DNA of 64,000 nucleotides, taken from a virus (Duplodnaviria; Caudoviricetes). The translations under genes were made by a program, and so were the position numbers. Below the pieces are notes generated by a model. That model was not told the origin of the DNA. It saw nothing but the letters and a program-made list of their open reading frames with translations, and searched no databases. Shown here piece by piece: positions 1 through 9,141 of this stretch. The stretch lies in IMG/VR virus record IMGVR_UViG_3300037067_024922, positions 1-64,000 of that record; one strand, written 5' to 3'. Each line of letters starts with the position of its first letter. Position 1 is the first letter of the stretch.

Positions 1-102
1 ACAAGGAAATTTTCTGTAGATGTGGCGCAATTAACGGAAGGAGACCCTGCAGATTTGTCAATCAATGATGTCATTGATTTGCGGGCTGAAGTATTTAAGT
101 AA
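1..102 (+). CDS. C-terminal end of a gene truncated by the window edge, possibly DNA primase (TOPRIM end)
   Basis: Frame 1 reads ...VAQLTEGDPADLSINDVIDLRAEVFK*. GDPADL resembles the DP(D/A) motif that ends TOPRIM domains, and it lies next to replication genes. Confidence 0.4.
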   Translation, partial: TRKFSVDVAQLTEGDPADLSINDVIDLRAEVFK

Positions 103-177
103 ATTTTTTCTTTTTAACACTCGGAAAATCCTATACTATAAACTTGCCGGGTATCAAAAATAAACAGGAGGTATATT

Positions 178-408
178 ATGGTCGGACCAGGAAGCGGAAG
201 GAGACCAGGCGGTGGTGGTGGTAGGAGACCAGGCGGTGGTGGGAGGAAAAGAGGTGGTGGAGTAAGGCGTCGGACCTCAAAGGTTGCAAGTTTGATGAAG
301 ACAAAAAGAGTTTCTGTTTGGGACTCAATGAGTTCTAAACAAAGAAATAGGGCAATGGGTAGAGATAGGGCTGATGCCAAGGCTGCCGCCAAAAGGAATT
401 GGCGATAA
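178..408 (+). CDS. Small very basic Gly/Arg-rich protein (76 aa)
   Basis: Strong RBS AGGAGGT, upstream TATACT at 132-137, GRRPGGGG repeats. Confidence 0.7.
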   Translation: MVGPGSGRRPGGGGGRRPGGGGRKRGGGVRRRTSKVASLMKTKRVSVWDSMSSKQRNRAMGRDRADAKAAAKRNWR

Positions 409-409
409 A

Positions 410-445
410 AAATATCTTTTATTGCCATGAAATAAAAATTATAAT
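410..445 (+). promoter_or_regulatory. Phage-specific promoter AAATATCTTTT-N19-TATAAT
   Basis: Same motif and spacing recur at five other intergenic positions. Confidence 0.7.
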
Positions 446-451
446 AGTCCC

Positions 452-630
452 AAAGGAAGGGATAAACTGGGCCAACAGTCCTTCCTTAGAAGCGAAGACA
501 AGCAAAGCAAAGATCCTTTTTGTGGAGGCTTGAGGTTATCTCCCTTTTAGATAGCCTCGGTTGGCCCTGAGTCTATTGTCGCTTGTCTTTGCAACGATAG
601 CCTCAAGCTCCTGCAAAAAGGATTTTTTAT
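452..630 (+). ncRNA. Structured leader, c4/CI-like antisense RNA element
   Basis: Long stem 513-540/596-623 followed by a T run, with internal hairpins. 560-567 is complementary to 469-476, and 581-592 is complementary to 492-503. Confidence 0.65.
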
Positions 631-656
631 TGGCTGAATGATTGTGGAGGTAAAAA

Positions 657-1214
657 ATGTCTGGCGATATTGATTTAGTTTACAGTCATTTTATGAAAAA
701 TATCAACGATGAGAGGCTTAAAAATATTCTCTCCCCTTGTAGTTTTGATGGGGTTTGCCTCCCAAGCAGAAAAGATTGTATAGAATTAATGAATTCTTTG
801 AAATGGTTTTTAGAATCTTATACAGACCAAGAGATTAATAACATTAATAATGATATTTTTATTGTCTTAAATGGAGGCCGAGATCTTGATGGTTCAAGAC
901 CATCTTATTTGCCCCACCTTTCAAAATCTTTTCTTAAAGAAAAAAGAAAACAATCTCCTGGTTACATATATTTTCTCCAAGATGATGCTGGGAGAATTAA
1001 AATAGGTAAGACAAAAGAACTCAATAAAAGAATTTTCCATATAGGAATCCGCCTACCAACAGAACCAATTTTATTTCACTTCTTTAAAACCTCTGATATG
1101 ACAACCTCAGAAAAATCGATGCATGAAAAATACAAAGGCCACCGGTTAGGCGGTGAATGGTTCAATATCCCAAAAGAAGAATTTCCTTTGATCAAGCGTA
1201 TGAGCGGGGCATAG
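657..1214 (+). CDS. T5orf172/MUG113-type GIY-YIG domain protein
   Basis: C-terminal GYIYF...IKIGKT...R...E..MHEKY..HR..GEWF pattern. Confidence 0.85.
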   Translation: MSGDIDLVYSHFMKNINDERLKNILSPCSFDGVCLPSRKDCIELMNSLKWFLESYTDQEINNINNDIFIVLNGGRDLDGSRPSYLPHLSKSFLKEKRKQSPGYIYFLQDDAGRIKIGKTKELNKRIFHIGIRLPTEPILFHFFKTSDMTTSEKSMHEKYKGHRLGGEWFNIPKEEFPLIKRMSGA

Positions 1215-1222
1215 GAGGAAAT

Positions 1223-2635
1223 ATGGAAAAAGGGTTTGCACTCAAGTATATAAATTTACCAGCAGAATTATTTCTAAATAAAAAAATAGATAAAACCTCT
1301 TGCATTGTTTTTGCAATGATCCATCTATGGGATACAAAACCAGATCATTGTTTTGCAAGTAACAAGGCTTTTTCCGAAAGACTCGGTTTATCAGAGGCAA
1401 CAGTAAGCGCTTCGATTTCTGTTCTGATAGAAGAGCAGTATGTCAAAAAAGTTAGTTTTAATGGCAGAAAAAGAGTATTAAAAATAAACGAAGAATTTAG
1501 AATCCTTTATAAAGAAAAAGCCGAAGAGATGTATGCAAAATCGATTGAAGAAGATGATCAAGAAGATGAGAAGTCCCCTTGGAGGCTGCCATCAAGTCCC
1601 CTTGGAGGCTGCCATCAAGTCCCCTTGGAGCATATTAATAATAGTATATTAAAAGAAGATATTAATACATCTTCTAAAGAAGATGATGGTTCGCCTGAAC
1701 CATCAGAGACTGAACAGATCTGTTTTGATAATCTGAGACCAATAAGAACAGATCCTTATAGGAATTTTACAGAAGGTGTAAAAGAACTTTTTCTTTATTG
1801 GAATAGTTTAGGTGATCCAATTCCTTACCACAAGACAGACCCAAAAGCAAAATCCTTTACAAGATCCTTATCAGAGTTAGACATCCTTCTCAAAAGAGAC
1901 TACTCAAAAGAGGAGATAAAACAATCAATGGCCAATTATAAATGGCTCTTAGGATTGGATTCTTTTTTACTGAGACGGGTTTCTGGTACGGTTGTTGGTC
2001 TTTGTGATTTTATCAAATTTTCCAATTTCCAAGTTGATCAAATCAAGAAGTTCAACAAATTGATTGTAGAAAAAGGTGTTGATTCCTGGTTTGTAGAATG
2101 TCTCAACGTCAGAGAGGTTCTTGAATCAAGATGGTCAAAACTAAAGCCAAATCCGTATCCAAAAGAGACAGAAAAGCTAAAACAGCTTTGGAAAGAGTTT
2201 GGTGGAAGGAAGTTGCACCCCGTCGATGATGAAAATATCTTCCGCCAAATATCAATCAAGGCTCATACTTACTTCGAGAATCTAAATGGAAAATATCAGT
2301 GGGGGACAGAAGAAAGACACATTATTGCAAGGCTTCACCATCTATTTGATGTTGGGCAGTCCGAAGGATGGACTTGGGCGCAGGCTCAACCAACCTTCCT
2401 TTTATCGCCAAAGATGTTTTCAGAGAAGTTGCCGGCCCATTGGGAGAAGATAGCAATGGCTGAAGCGTTGAGTGATGCTGAGATTGAAGAAATGAATAAT
2501 ACGCCAGAGGCGAGAGAGCGTATGGAATTTAACAGCCATATTAGTAACAAGCCAAGTACCAGGGCAGAGACAATGGCTATAATCGCGGCTCAAAAACAGA
2601 CAGAGGTAGCGGTGGAAGATTTAAAGGATTATTAA
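1223..2635 (+). CDS. Phage replication initiator with N-terminal winged HTH
   Basis: CFASNKAFSERLGLSEATVSASISVL HTH, internal iterons, directly upstream of the helicase. RBS AGGAGGA favours the ATG at 1223. Confidence 0.75.
   Translation: MEKGFALKYINLPAELFLNKKIDKTSCIVFAMIHLWDTKPDHCFASNKAFSERLGLSEATVSASISVLIEEQYVKKVSFNGRKRVLKINEEFRILYKEKAEEMYAKSIEEDDQEDEKSPWRLPSSPLGGCHQVPLEHINNSILKEDINTSSKEDDGSPEPSETEQICFDNLRPIRTDPYRNFTEGVKELFLYWNSLGDPIPYHKTDPKAKSFTRSLSELDILLKRDYSKEEIKQSMANYKWLLGLDSFLLRRVSGTVVGLCDFIKFSNFQVDQIKKFNKLIVEKGVDSWFVECLNVREVLESRWSKLKPNPYPKETEKLKQLWKEFGGRKLHPVDDENIFRQISIKAHTYFENLNGKYQWGTEERHIIARLHHLFDVGQSEGWTWAQAQPTFLLSPKMFSEKLPAHWEKIAMAEALSDAEIEEMNNTPEARERMEFNSHISNKPSTRAETMAIIAAQKQTEVAVEDLKDY
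1571..1630 (+). repeat. Iteron-like 23-bp tandem repeat (about 2.6 copies), probable replication origin
   Basis: AAGTCCCCTTGGAGGCTGCCATC at 1571 and 1594, partial copy at 1617, followed by an AT-rich tract. Confidence 0.8.
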
Positions 2636-2649
2636 AAAGGAGACCGGGA

Positions 2650-4197
2650 ATGGCGAAGATACATAGGTACAGTGTTGATAATGATGTAGAGAAGCGTATT
2701 GTGACAGGAATGATTGTCAGCGACCCGTTTTGTACCAGTATCCAAAAAATGATCAAATTACAATATTTCCAAATTGATTATGCAAAGATTGTTGCTGGCT
2801 GGGTTCAGGAATATTATAAAGCTTGGAAAAAGGCGCCTGGAAGTACTCTCCAAAGTGTTTTTCAGTCAGAGAAGGCCTCATTGGCTGAGGCGGATGCTTA
2901 TTTGATAGGTAAATTTCTTGCAGACTTGTCTAAAGAGTATGAAGATGGGGAACCCTTCAATCATGAGTACTGGTTGGATAAGGCCAGGGATTATTTTCGA
3001 GAGCGGTCTCTTTCTATTTTGAAAGAAAAAATAGAGGTGAATTTGATTAGAGGCAAAATAGACCAGGCTGAGATTGAAGTAAAAAATTTCAGTAAGGTTG
3101 TGAAAGAACTTGGTACGATGAGCAATCCTTTTGAAAAATCAACTATCTATAAAATATTCAATGCCGAAAACGATTTCATTCTTAGGTTGCCAGACGAGTT
3201 AGGTGATTTGGCGGGTGATCTTGAGAGGGAATGGTTTATTGCATTTATGGGGCCAATGAAGAGAGGGAAGAGTTGGATGTTACAAGAACTTGCTTTTCAG
3301 GCCCTTTGTTGTAAATTAAAAGTGGTTATTTTTAGTTTAGAAATGAGCCAAAAGGAAATGACAAAAAGAATTTATGAAAGACTGACGGGGTTGGCTGGAA
3401 AGGCAGGAAAGGTTTCGTGGTCAACGTTTGATTGCGAACGTAATCAAGATAATACTTGTAGCCGTCCAGAAAGGACCTGTTCAAAAGGTGTTAAGGCTCC
3501 CGGAGAGGTTGTTATTGAACCAAAAGAAGTGAAAGGATACAAGCCTTGTGTGGCGTGTAAGCCAGAGAAAAATGAGGCTGATAATGGGGAGTATAGGCAA
3601 GCTGTTTGGAAGGTTTGGAAGGATCAAAAAGAGCCGATGGATTCAAAGATGGTACTTAAGAAGACAAAAGATTTTGAAAGGCTCTATGGCTCCAACTTCA
3701 GAGTGAAAGCGTATCCGTCTTTTATTGCATCTTTTGATGATATCCTTGCAGATTTAGATGATCTTTGGTATACAGACGAATTTGTTCCGGATGTTATTTG
3801 TATTGATTCTCTTGATATTATGGCTCCTCAAGGTGGGAATAATCTTTCTGAGAGAGGTCAAATTGATTGGGCTTGGAAGAGAGCAAAAGGGTTGGGTGGA
3901 GAAAGGCATTGTCTGGTGGCTACTGTTCTCCAAAGCAATCGGGCATCTATTACACAAAAGAGCGTTCAACAGGAAAATACTTCTGAGGATATACGGAAGT
4001 TGGCCCATGTAGATATCATGTTTGGTCTAAACCAGACTCCTGATGAAAAGAAAAAAGGCATTATGCGGGTTAGTACAGTTGTCCATCGTCATAAAGGATT
4101 CCAGTTTGGTAAGGATGTAATGATTTTACAAGGTCTTGATATTGGCCAGCCTTTACTGGAATCTCAATGGTCACAAAAGGAAGAAAAGGAAGATTGA
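2650..4197 (+). CDS. DnaB-like replicative helicase with Cys-rich insertion
   Basis: Walker A GPMKRGKS, FSLEMS, Walker B ICIDSLD, QSNR motif. Confidence 0.9.
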   Translation: MAKIHRYSVDNDVEKRIVTGMIVSDPFCTSIQKMIKLQYFQIDYAKIVAGWVQEYYKAWKKAPGSTLQSVFQSEKASLAEADAYLIGKFLADLSKEYEDGEPFNHEYWLDKARDYFRERSLSILKEKIEVNLIRGKIDQAEIEVKNFSKVVKELGTMSNPFEKSTIYKIFNAENDFILRLPDELGDLAGDLEREWFIAFMGPMKRGKSWMLQELAFQALCCKLKVVIFSLEMSQKEMTKRIYERLTGLAGKAGKVSWSTFDCERNQDNTCSRPERTCSKGVKAPGEVVIEPKEVKGYKPCVACKPEKNEADNGEYRQAVWKVWKDQKEPMDSKMVLKKTKDFERLYGSNFRVKAYPSFIASFDDILADLDDLWYTDEFVPDVICIDSLDIMAPQGGNNLSERGQIDWAWKRAKGLGGERHCLVATVLQSNRASITQKSVQQENTSEDIRKLAHVDIMFGLNQTPDEKKKGIMRVSTVVHRHKGFQFGKDVMILQGLDIGQPLLESQWSQKEEKED

Positions 4198-4213
4198 AAA
4201 GGTGAAATAAATA

Positions 4214-4242
4214 TTGACCAAGGTTGAAAGGTGGTCTATAAT
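4214..4242 (+). promoter_or_regulatory. Canonical sigma70-type promoter
   Basis: TTGACC-17 nt-TATAAT in an intergenic region. Confidence 0.75.
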
Positions 4243-4304
4243 GGTTGTAATGGAGGCGTGATCCAAAGAAATTGAACCCAAAAAATAAAAAAGGAGGAAA
4301 GACA

Positions 4305-4781
4305 ATGTTGGTAGACATCAAAGAAATAAAATTTAAGGAGTTGGCGGCCGCAGTGGCGGTTCTGAACGAGAGTGGTCTGCTCAAGGAACTTATCAAAACG
4401 GTTGGAGTAACAAAAGAGGCGATTGTCAAATCTTTCGTTGCCGGGGTTCAGTCCATTTCTGACGATAAGGATGGGAATTGGACGGGGCCACAGGAAGCCG
4501 CCGATTACTACGGCAAGATCGTGATCCCGGATAAAACGAAAGAGGAAGAAAAGTCTTCGAAAAAGAAGGGATCAAAAGCTCCGAAAGAAAAGAAAGAGAA
4601 GGTAGTGAAAGAAAAAGCGATCTCTTCTCTCGAAGTCATGCAGGGGCTCCTCGAAAAGAAGGCTTCCGATAACGAGATCACCAAGGTCTTTACCGAAAGG
4701 CTTCGGAAGAAAGTGCCCACGGCGTCTGTCGATTTCATTGCCAAGAGGATCAAGATTTATAAAGCATTGGCAAAGAAGTAG
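4305..4781 (+). CDS. Hypothetical Lys-rich protein
   Basis: RBS AAGGAGG before the ATG at 4305; hairpin follows the stop codon. Confidence 0.6.
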   Translation: MLVDIKEIKFKELAAAVAVLNESGLLKELIKTVGVTKEAIVKSFVAGVQSISDDKDGNWTGPQEAADYYGKIVIPDKTKEEEKSSKKKGSKAPKEKKEKVVKEKAISSLEVMQGLLEKKASDNEITKVFTERLRKKVPTASVDFIAKRIKIYKALAKK

Positions 4782-4845
4782 CTCGGCGCCCTGGGCTCTG
4801 TCCAGATTCCGCCGCTGGGCTTTCTATAAATAGAAGGAGGATCAA

Positions 4846-5214
4846 ATGATTTCAATCTGCCGTCGGTTTGAATTTCACGCCGCCCATCACTTACCAAATC
4901 ATCAAGGAAAATGCAAAAATGTTCATGGGCATTCATATATCCTGGAGGTGGAGGTTACAGGAGGAGTCCAAAAGGCGGGCCATGCAAAAGGTATGATTAT
5001 AGATTTTGGATCTTTGAAGAAGATTGTTTCAGAAAAAGTGATTGATTTAGTTGATCACAAAGATTTGAATTTGATTTGGGAAAATCCTACGGCCGAAGTT
5101 ATGGTTCAGGAGTTTTCCATTATTCTGCGTAATTCTCTTCCCAGATATATTCTCTTACAAAGAATTCGTTTATGGGAAACGAGTAATTCCTACGCGCAGT
5201 GGAGGACGGAATGA
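4846..5214 (+). CDS. queD: 6-carboxy-5,6,7,8-tetrahydropterin synthase
   Basis: AAHHL, CKNVHGHSY, DFGSLK, DHKDLN, PTAE and LWET motifs. Confidence 0.95.
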   Translation: MISICRRFEFHAAHHLPNHQGKCKNVHGHSYILEVEVTGGVQKAGHAKGMIIDFGSLKKIVSEKVIDLVDHKDLNLIWENPTAEVMVQEFSIILRNSLPRYILLQRIRLWETSNSYAQWRTE

Positions 5215-5876
5215 AAATACATAGCATATTTAAAAGCATTAATGGAGAGGTTTGCTCGAGTCATCAAGGGAGCCTAACAGTTTTTGTTCGTACCTTTGGT
5301 TGTAATTGTCGCTGTTCTTGGTGTGATTCCCAGTTTAGTTACAATGGGGAGGCTCCGAGAGAAATGAAGGTCCGAGAGATTGTCCGAGAGGTTGTTAAAT
5401 TAAACACTATCAATGTTACAATTACAGGTGGGGAACCGCTTTTACAGAAAGGTACTCCTAACCTAATCAGAAAACTTTCATTCCATGGGAAAAAGGTCTC
5501 TATTGAAACAAACGGGACGGTTTTTATCCCGTTGATTTCTGATTCTGAAAGAGTAAAATGGGTGGTTGATTACAAATTGCCATCCTCTGGTTATGAGAAT
5601 GAAGATGTGATTTATAAAAATTTTAGAAATCTGTTGAGCCATGATTTTGTCAAATTTGTTGTTGCTGATCGTAAGGATTTTGATCGAGCAGTTGAGGTTA
5701 TTCCTTTGATTAGAAATGAAGTAAGTTATTCGTTTGGTCCAAAATTTGCCCTTTCCCCTGTTTGGGGATCCTTGAAGCCAGAGACTCTTGCTCAATGGAT
5801 GATAAAAAATGAAGAGCTGTGCAAAATTGGTGCAATTTACAGCCTTCAGATTCATAAAATCTTGAGCGTCAAATAA
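5211..5876 (+). CDS. queE: 7-carboxy-7-deazaguanine synthase (radical SAM)
   Basis: IFKSINGE, FVRTFGCNCRCSWCDS, TGGEPLLQ, IETNG and LQIHK motifs. Confidence 0.95.
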   Translation: MKIHSIFKSINGEVCSSHQGSLTVFVRTFGCNCRCSWCDSQFSYNGEAPREMKVREIVREVVKLNTINVTITGGEPLLQKGTPNLIRKLSFHGKKVSIETNGTVFIPLISDSERVKWVVDYKLPSSGYENEDVIYKNFRNLLSHDFVKFVVADRKDFDRAVEVIPLIRNEVSYSFGPKFALSPVWGSLKPETLAQWMIKNEELCKIGAIYSLQIHKILSVK

Positions 5877-5926
5877 ATTTCATTTGGATCTCAGAATCTC
5901 ATCTATAATGATTTCAAGAGGTTGAC

Positions 5927-6508
5927 ATGAAAGATAAATTGCTCGTTGCAAGTGCAGAACGCAATGTTCGAGAATTGTTAAAATTCATTGGGGAAGATCC
6001 TGACCGTCCAGGATTAAAGGAAACTCCCTATCGTGTAATCAAGATGTATCAAGAATTCTTTTGTGGTTATGACTCAAAAAGGCTTCCTCGTATTATGACC
6101 GTTAATAATGGTGAGGATGGGGTAGTATACAATGAGATGTTGATTGATCAAGGTTATTTCTTTTCTTTTTGTGAGCATCATTGCATCCCGTTTTTTGGTC
6201 AGTATTTTTATGGGTATATTCCTGATCAAAAGGTTATGGGAGCATCTAAGATTGGGAGAACCATTGATTACTATGCGGGAAGATTACAGATTGCTGAACG
6301 TCTTGTCAATCAAGTTGTTAACAGAATTGGAGATGTTGTTCGTCCAAAAGGTCAAGTGCTTGTAATGAATGCCAGACATCTCTGTAAAGAAATGAGGGGG
6401 CTGAAAAAATGGGACAGTCCTTATGAAGCGATTGCGGTCAGGGGAGCTTTTGCAAAGAATCTTAATGGTTGTAAGGAAGAATTTATGTTGAGAATTCAAA
6501 GGAGGTAA
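5927..6508 (+). CDS. folE: GTP cyclohydrolase I
   Basis: GEDPDRPGLKETPYRV, CEHH, GASKI, RLQI and HLCKEMRG motifs. Confidence 0.95.
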   Translation: MKDKLLVASAERNVRELLKFIGEDPDRPGLKETPYRVIKMYQEFFCGYDSKRLPRIMTVNNGEDGVVYNEMLIDQGYFFSFCEHHCIPFFGQYFYGYIPDQKVMGASKIGRTIDYYAGRLQIAERLVNQVVNRIGDVVRPKGQVLVMNARHLCKEMRGLKKWDSPYEAIAVRGAFAKNLNGCKEEFMLRIQRR

Positions 6509-6510
6509 TT

Positions 6511-6837
6511 GTGGGAAGGTCTTATGTTGTTATCAGAACAAGTTTTGAAGCTCTCCATGCCTGGCCAGAGTGTCCCTACAAAAGTGTTGATTTTTTAAAA
6601 AGTTCTCACCGTCATGTTTTTCATGTTGAGATGAAGATTAGAACCGATGGGGACAGACAGATTGAACTTATCCTTTTAAAAAGAAATGTAGATATTTTCA
6701 TTTGCGCGGAATTTAAAGGAAAGGATCTCGGTAGAACTTCTTGCGAAGTATTGGCAAGGAAGTTGGCCGAGGAATTTAATGCTGATTCAGTGTCGGTTTT
6801 TGAAGACGCAGAAAATGGAGCAATATATGAAACATGA
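6511..6837 (+). CDS. dpdL: QueD-paralog T-fold protein, DpdL-like (putative CDG decarboxylase)
   Basis: LKSSHRHVF fits the LxxxHRHxF signature I recall for DpdL. SCE and C-terminal VFED..NGA parallel QueD; operon context agrees. Confidence 0.75.
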   Translation: MGRSYVVIRTSFEALHAWPECPYKSVDFLKSSHRHVFHVEMKIRTDGDRQIELILLKRNVDIFICAEFKGKDLGRTSCEVLARKLAEEFNADSVSVFEDAENGAIYET

Positions 6838-8143
6838 TTTTGTGATTATCGATCCTTCTTCGCCAGAATTTAACAGAGGTTCATTCTGTTATCTCACTTT
6901 CATTCTTTTTTCTGCTTTAAAGAGTAGAGGATTTAATGTTGTCTTGTTAGAGGATTTTTCTTGTGCTGATATTGACAGTGTTCCAGAGGCAGAAACATAT
7001 TTGGTTGGTCTTTGGTCTTATCCCCAGATTGATTCTTGTTTGGTTCTTAATAGGTTTCTCCCTAAGAGGCCTTCCTTTTTTGGATATTATCCTCTTATTG
7101 AAATCTTCCGATTTCAGAAGTACCGAATTTCTGATCAGGAAATTCAGGAAGGTATCATGAGCTATGTTGAGTATTTCGAGTTTTTTGAGAGGATACTTCT
7201 TTCTGATTGTGATATGCATTTGACCAAATATGAAGGAACGGTTTATCCTCTATTTACATCATATGGCTGTGTAAACAAATGTAAGTTCTGTCCCGTCTCT
7301 GTCAATTGTGATAGTAAAAGGATAGTTGTTCCTTTGGTAGATGTAAAAAGAGTTTTGAATTACTGCGAATTTTGTAATTACAAGAATATTCATTTCACAG
7401 ATGAGGATTTTTTCTTTGATGCTGATCGGGCAGCTGAGATTTTGAGATATACGCAAGGGAAAGGTTTCAATTACATTGCTTTAGGCAGTGTTCATACAGT
7501 CACCAAGTTCATCGAGAAATTCGGCATTGATATTTTTGATGAGACAGGTATGAGGCTGATTGAAGTCGGGCTTGAATCGGCGGATTCTGACTTGAATAAG
7601 GCTATGGGTAAAGGTGGTGCCGACCGATATTCCACTCTCGCCGAGTTAGTAAAAGGCAAAGTGGATATTTTTTGGCTTACTATGACTTTTTTTCCTGGAG
7701 AGACAATTCAAACCTTGCGATCGACAGGCCTGTTTTTGGAGAAGTATGGATTTAAGTTGGAGGATTTGTATGGTAGGATCCAAACCAATTCTACTGTAGG
7801 TGGGCTTGGTCAATTCTTTCAATCTTATGTTGGGACAATAGAGGATCAGGATATTGATACGAAGGGGATTTGTTTATCAGCCAGGCCCGTGAGGCTCTTG
7901 CCAAGTTTTATCCCGTATTCTTTTCTTAATTGCAAAATCAATCAGTGTAGGCCAATTTCTGATAATGAAAAGAAATGGTACCGTCTTTATAGAATTGATG
8001 AAAAGATTTTTAATGAAGCGATGGAGGAAGTATCTTTAGCAGAAGATATCTATGATCTTTTTGAAATTTTGACGTGTGATTTCTCTGTTAATGATGTTGT
8101 TGCCTTTTTGGCCATCTCTGCAAGGTTAGGTGTCATCTCATGA
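6827..8143 (+). CDS. Radical SAM enzyme with probable N-terminal B12-binding domain
   Basis: TSYGCVNKCKFC preceded by a Rossmann-like N-terminal domain of about 140 aa; IHFTDEDFF, VGLES..D.LNKAMGK and FFPGET are typical of class B radical SAM enzymes. Confidence 0.8.
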   Translation: MKHDFVIIDPSSPEFNRGSFCYLTFILFSALKSRGFNVVLLEDFSCADIDSVPEAETYLVGLWSYPQIDSCLVLNRFLPKRPSFFGYYPLIEIFRFQKYRISDQEIQEGIMSYVEYFEFFERILLSDCDMHLTKYEGTVYPLFTSYGCVNKCKFCPVSVNCDSKRIVVPLVDVKRVLNYCEFCNYKNIHFTDEDFFFDADRAAEILRYTQGKGFNYIALGSVHTVTKFIEKFGIDIFDETGMRLIEVGLESADSDLNKAMGKGGADRYSTLAELVKGKVDIFWLTMTFFPGETIQTLRSTGLFLEKYGFKLEDLYGRIQTNSTVGGLGQFFQSYVGTIEDQDIDTKGICLSARPVRLLPSFIPYSFLNCKINQCRPISDNEKKWYRLYRIDEKIFNEAMEEVSLAEDIYDLFEILTCDFSVNDVVAFLAISARLGVIS

Positions 8144-9141
8144 AAATCTGGAATATTCCTATAGAATCACTGGAAGAACGCTACAGTAAAAGCTGGAATG
8201 AATACTTCCCTGTTGCTTTTGAAGAAGCGGATGTCGAGTTTGAGACCATCTATCCAGAGCCTCTCTCTGATAAAATCCGTGATGGATCCTTTTTGGATAT
8301 TTGTGGGACGAATTATTTCAAAGCTTTGCAGTTGGTTACCTTGTCGAAGAAGTTGTATGATGGAGAAATTAAGGCTGGAGATATTATCTTTGTCCAGGAT
8401 CTTTGGTTCCCAGGATTGGAAGGGTTGGCGTATATCAGACAGGGCTTGAATTTGGATTTTAAGATCTGTGGAATCCTGCATGCTGGGACGTATGACCCTC
8501 ATGATTTCTTGACAAAGTGTGGAATGAAATCTTGGGGAAGGCATCTTGAGGTCTGCTGGTTTGATTTTGTTGACAAGATCTTTGTGGCAACCAATTTTCA
8601 TAAGGAATTGATTTATCAGAACAGACGAGTGGATTATGAAAAAATCGTCGTAACAGGGTTGCCGATTTATAGTAATCAATGTCATGATATGTCCAAGAAA
8701 GAAAATATTGTTGTCTTCCCTCATAGGCTTGATTCTGAGAAGCAACCAGAGATGTTTGATCTATTATCAAAAGAGGCTGCAACAGATGGCTGGCAGTTTA
8801 TCAAATCCAAAGAGGTTTGTAAAAACAAAAAAGAATACTTTGAACTTCTAAATCGGTCTAAAATAGCAGTATCATTTGCTCAGCAAGAGACATGGGGGAT
8901 TGCTCAGCAAGAAGCGTTATTTGCAAACTGTTTTCCAGTGGTGCCAAGTAGGTTAAGTTATGAAGAAATGTACTCCAATGTTTTTAAATATTCCTCTTTT
9001 GCTGATGCTCTTCTTTTGGTAAAAAAACTTATGGAGCCGGATTATTCTGATTTGGAAAGGTTACGGCAGAATAAGAACTTTTTACTTCTGAAAGGGATAA
9101 AGGCTATTCCGAATATGATAAAAGAGATGAGGAATTTATGA
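8140..9141 (+). CDS. GT-B fold (GT4-like) glycosyltransferase
   Basis: FPHRLDSEKQP, ETWGIAQQEA (EX7E-type motif), PVVP..LSYEEM. Confidence 0.85.
   Translation: MKIWNIPIESLEERYSKSWNEYFPVAFEEADVEFETIYPEPLSDKIRDGSFLDICGTNYFKALQLVTLSKKLYDGEIKAGDIIFVQDLWFPGLEGLAYIRQGLNLDFKICGILHAGTYDPHDFLTKCGMKSWGRHLEVCWFDFVDKIFVATNFHKELIYQNRRVDYEKIVVTGLPIYSNQCHDMSKKENIVVFPHRLDSEKQPEMFDLLSKEAATDGWQFIKSKEVCKNKKEYFELLNRSKIAVSFAQQETWGIAQQEALFANCFPVVPSRLSYEEMYSNVFKYSSFADALLLVKKLMEPDYSDLERLRQNKNFLLLKGIKAIPNMIKEMRNL

Noticed and set aside
1571-1630. 23-bp repeats as a mini CRISPR array
   Set aside because: The repeats are contiguous with no spacers, and I found no cas genes.
4846-6508. Auxiliary queuosine or folate metabolism
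   Set aside because: Linkage to dpdA-like and dpdL-like genes inside the replication block, and the absence of queC, queF and queA here, favour DNA modification.
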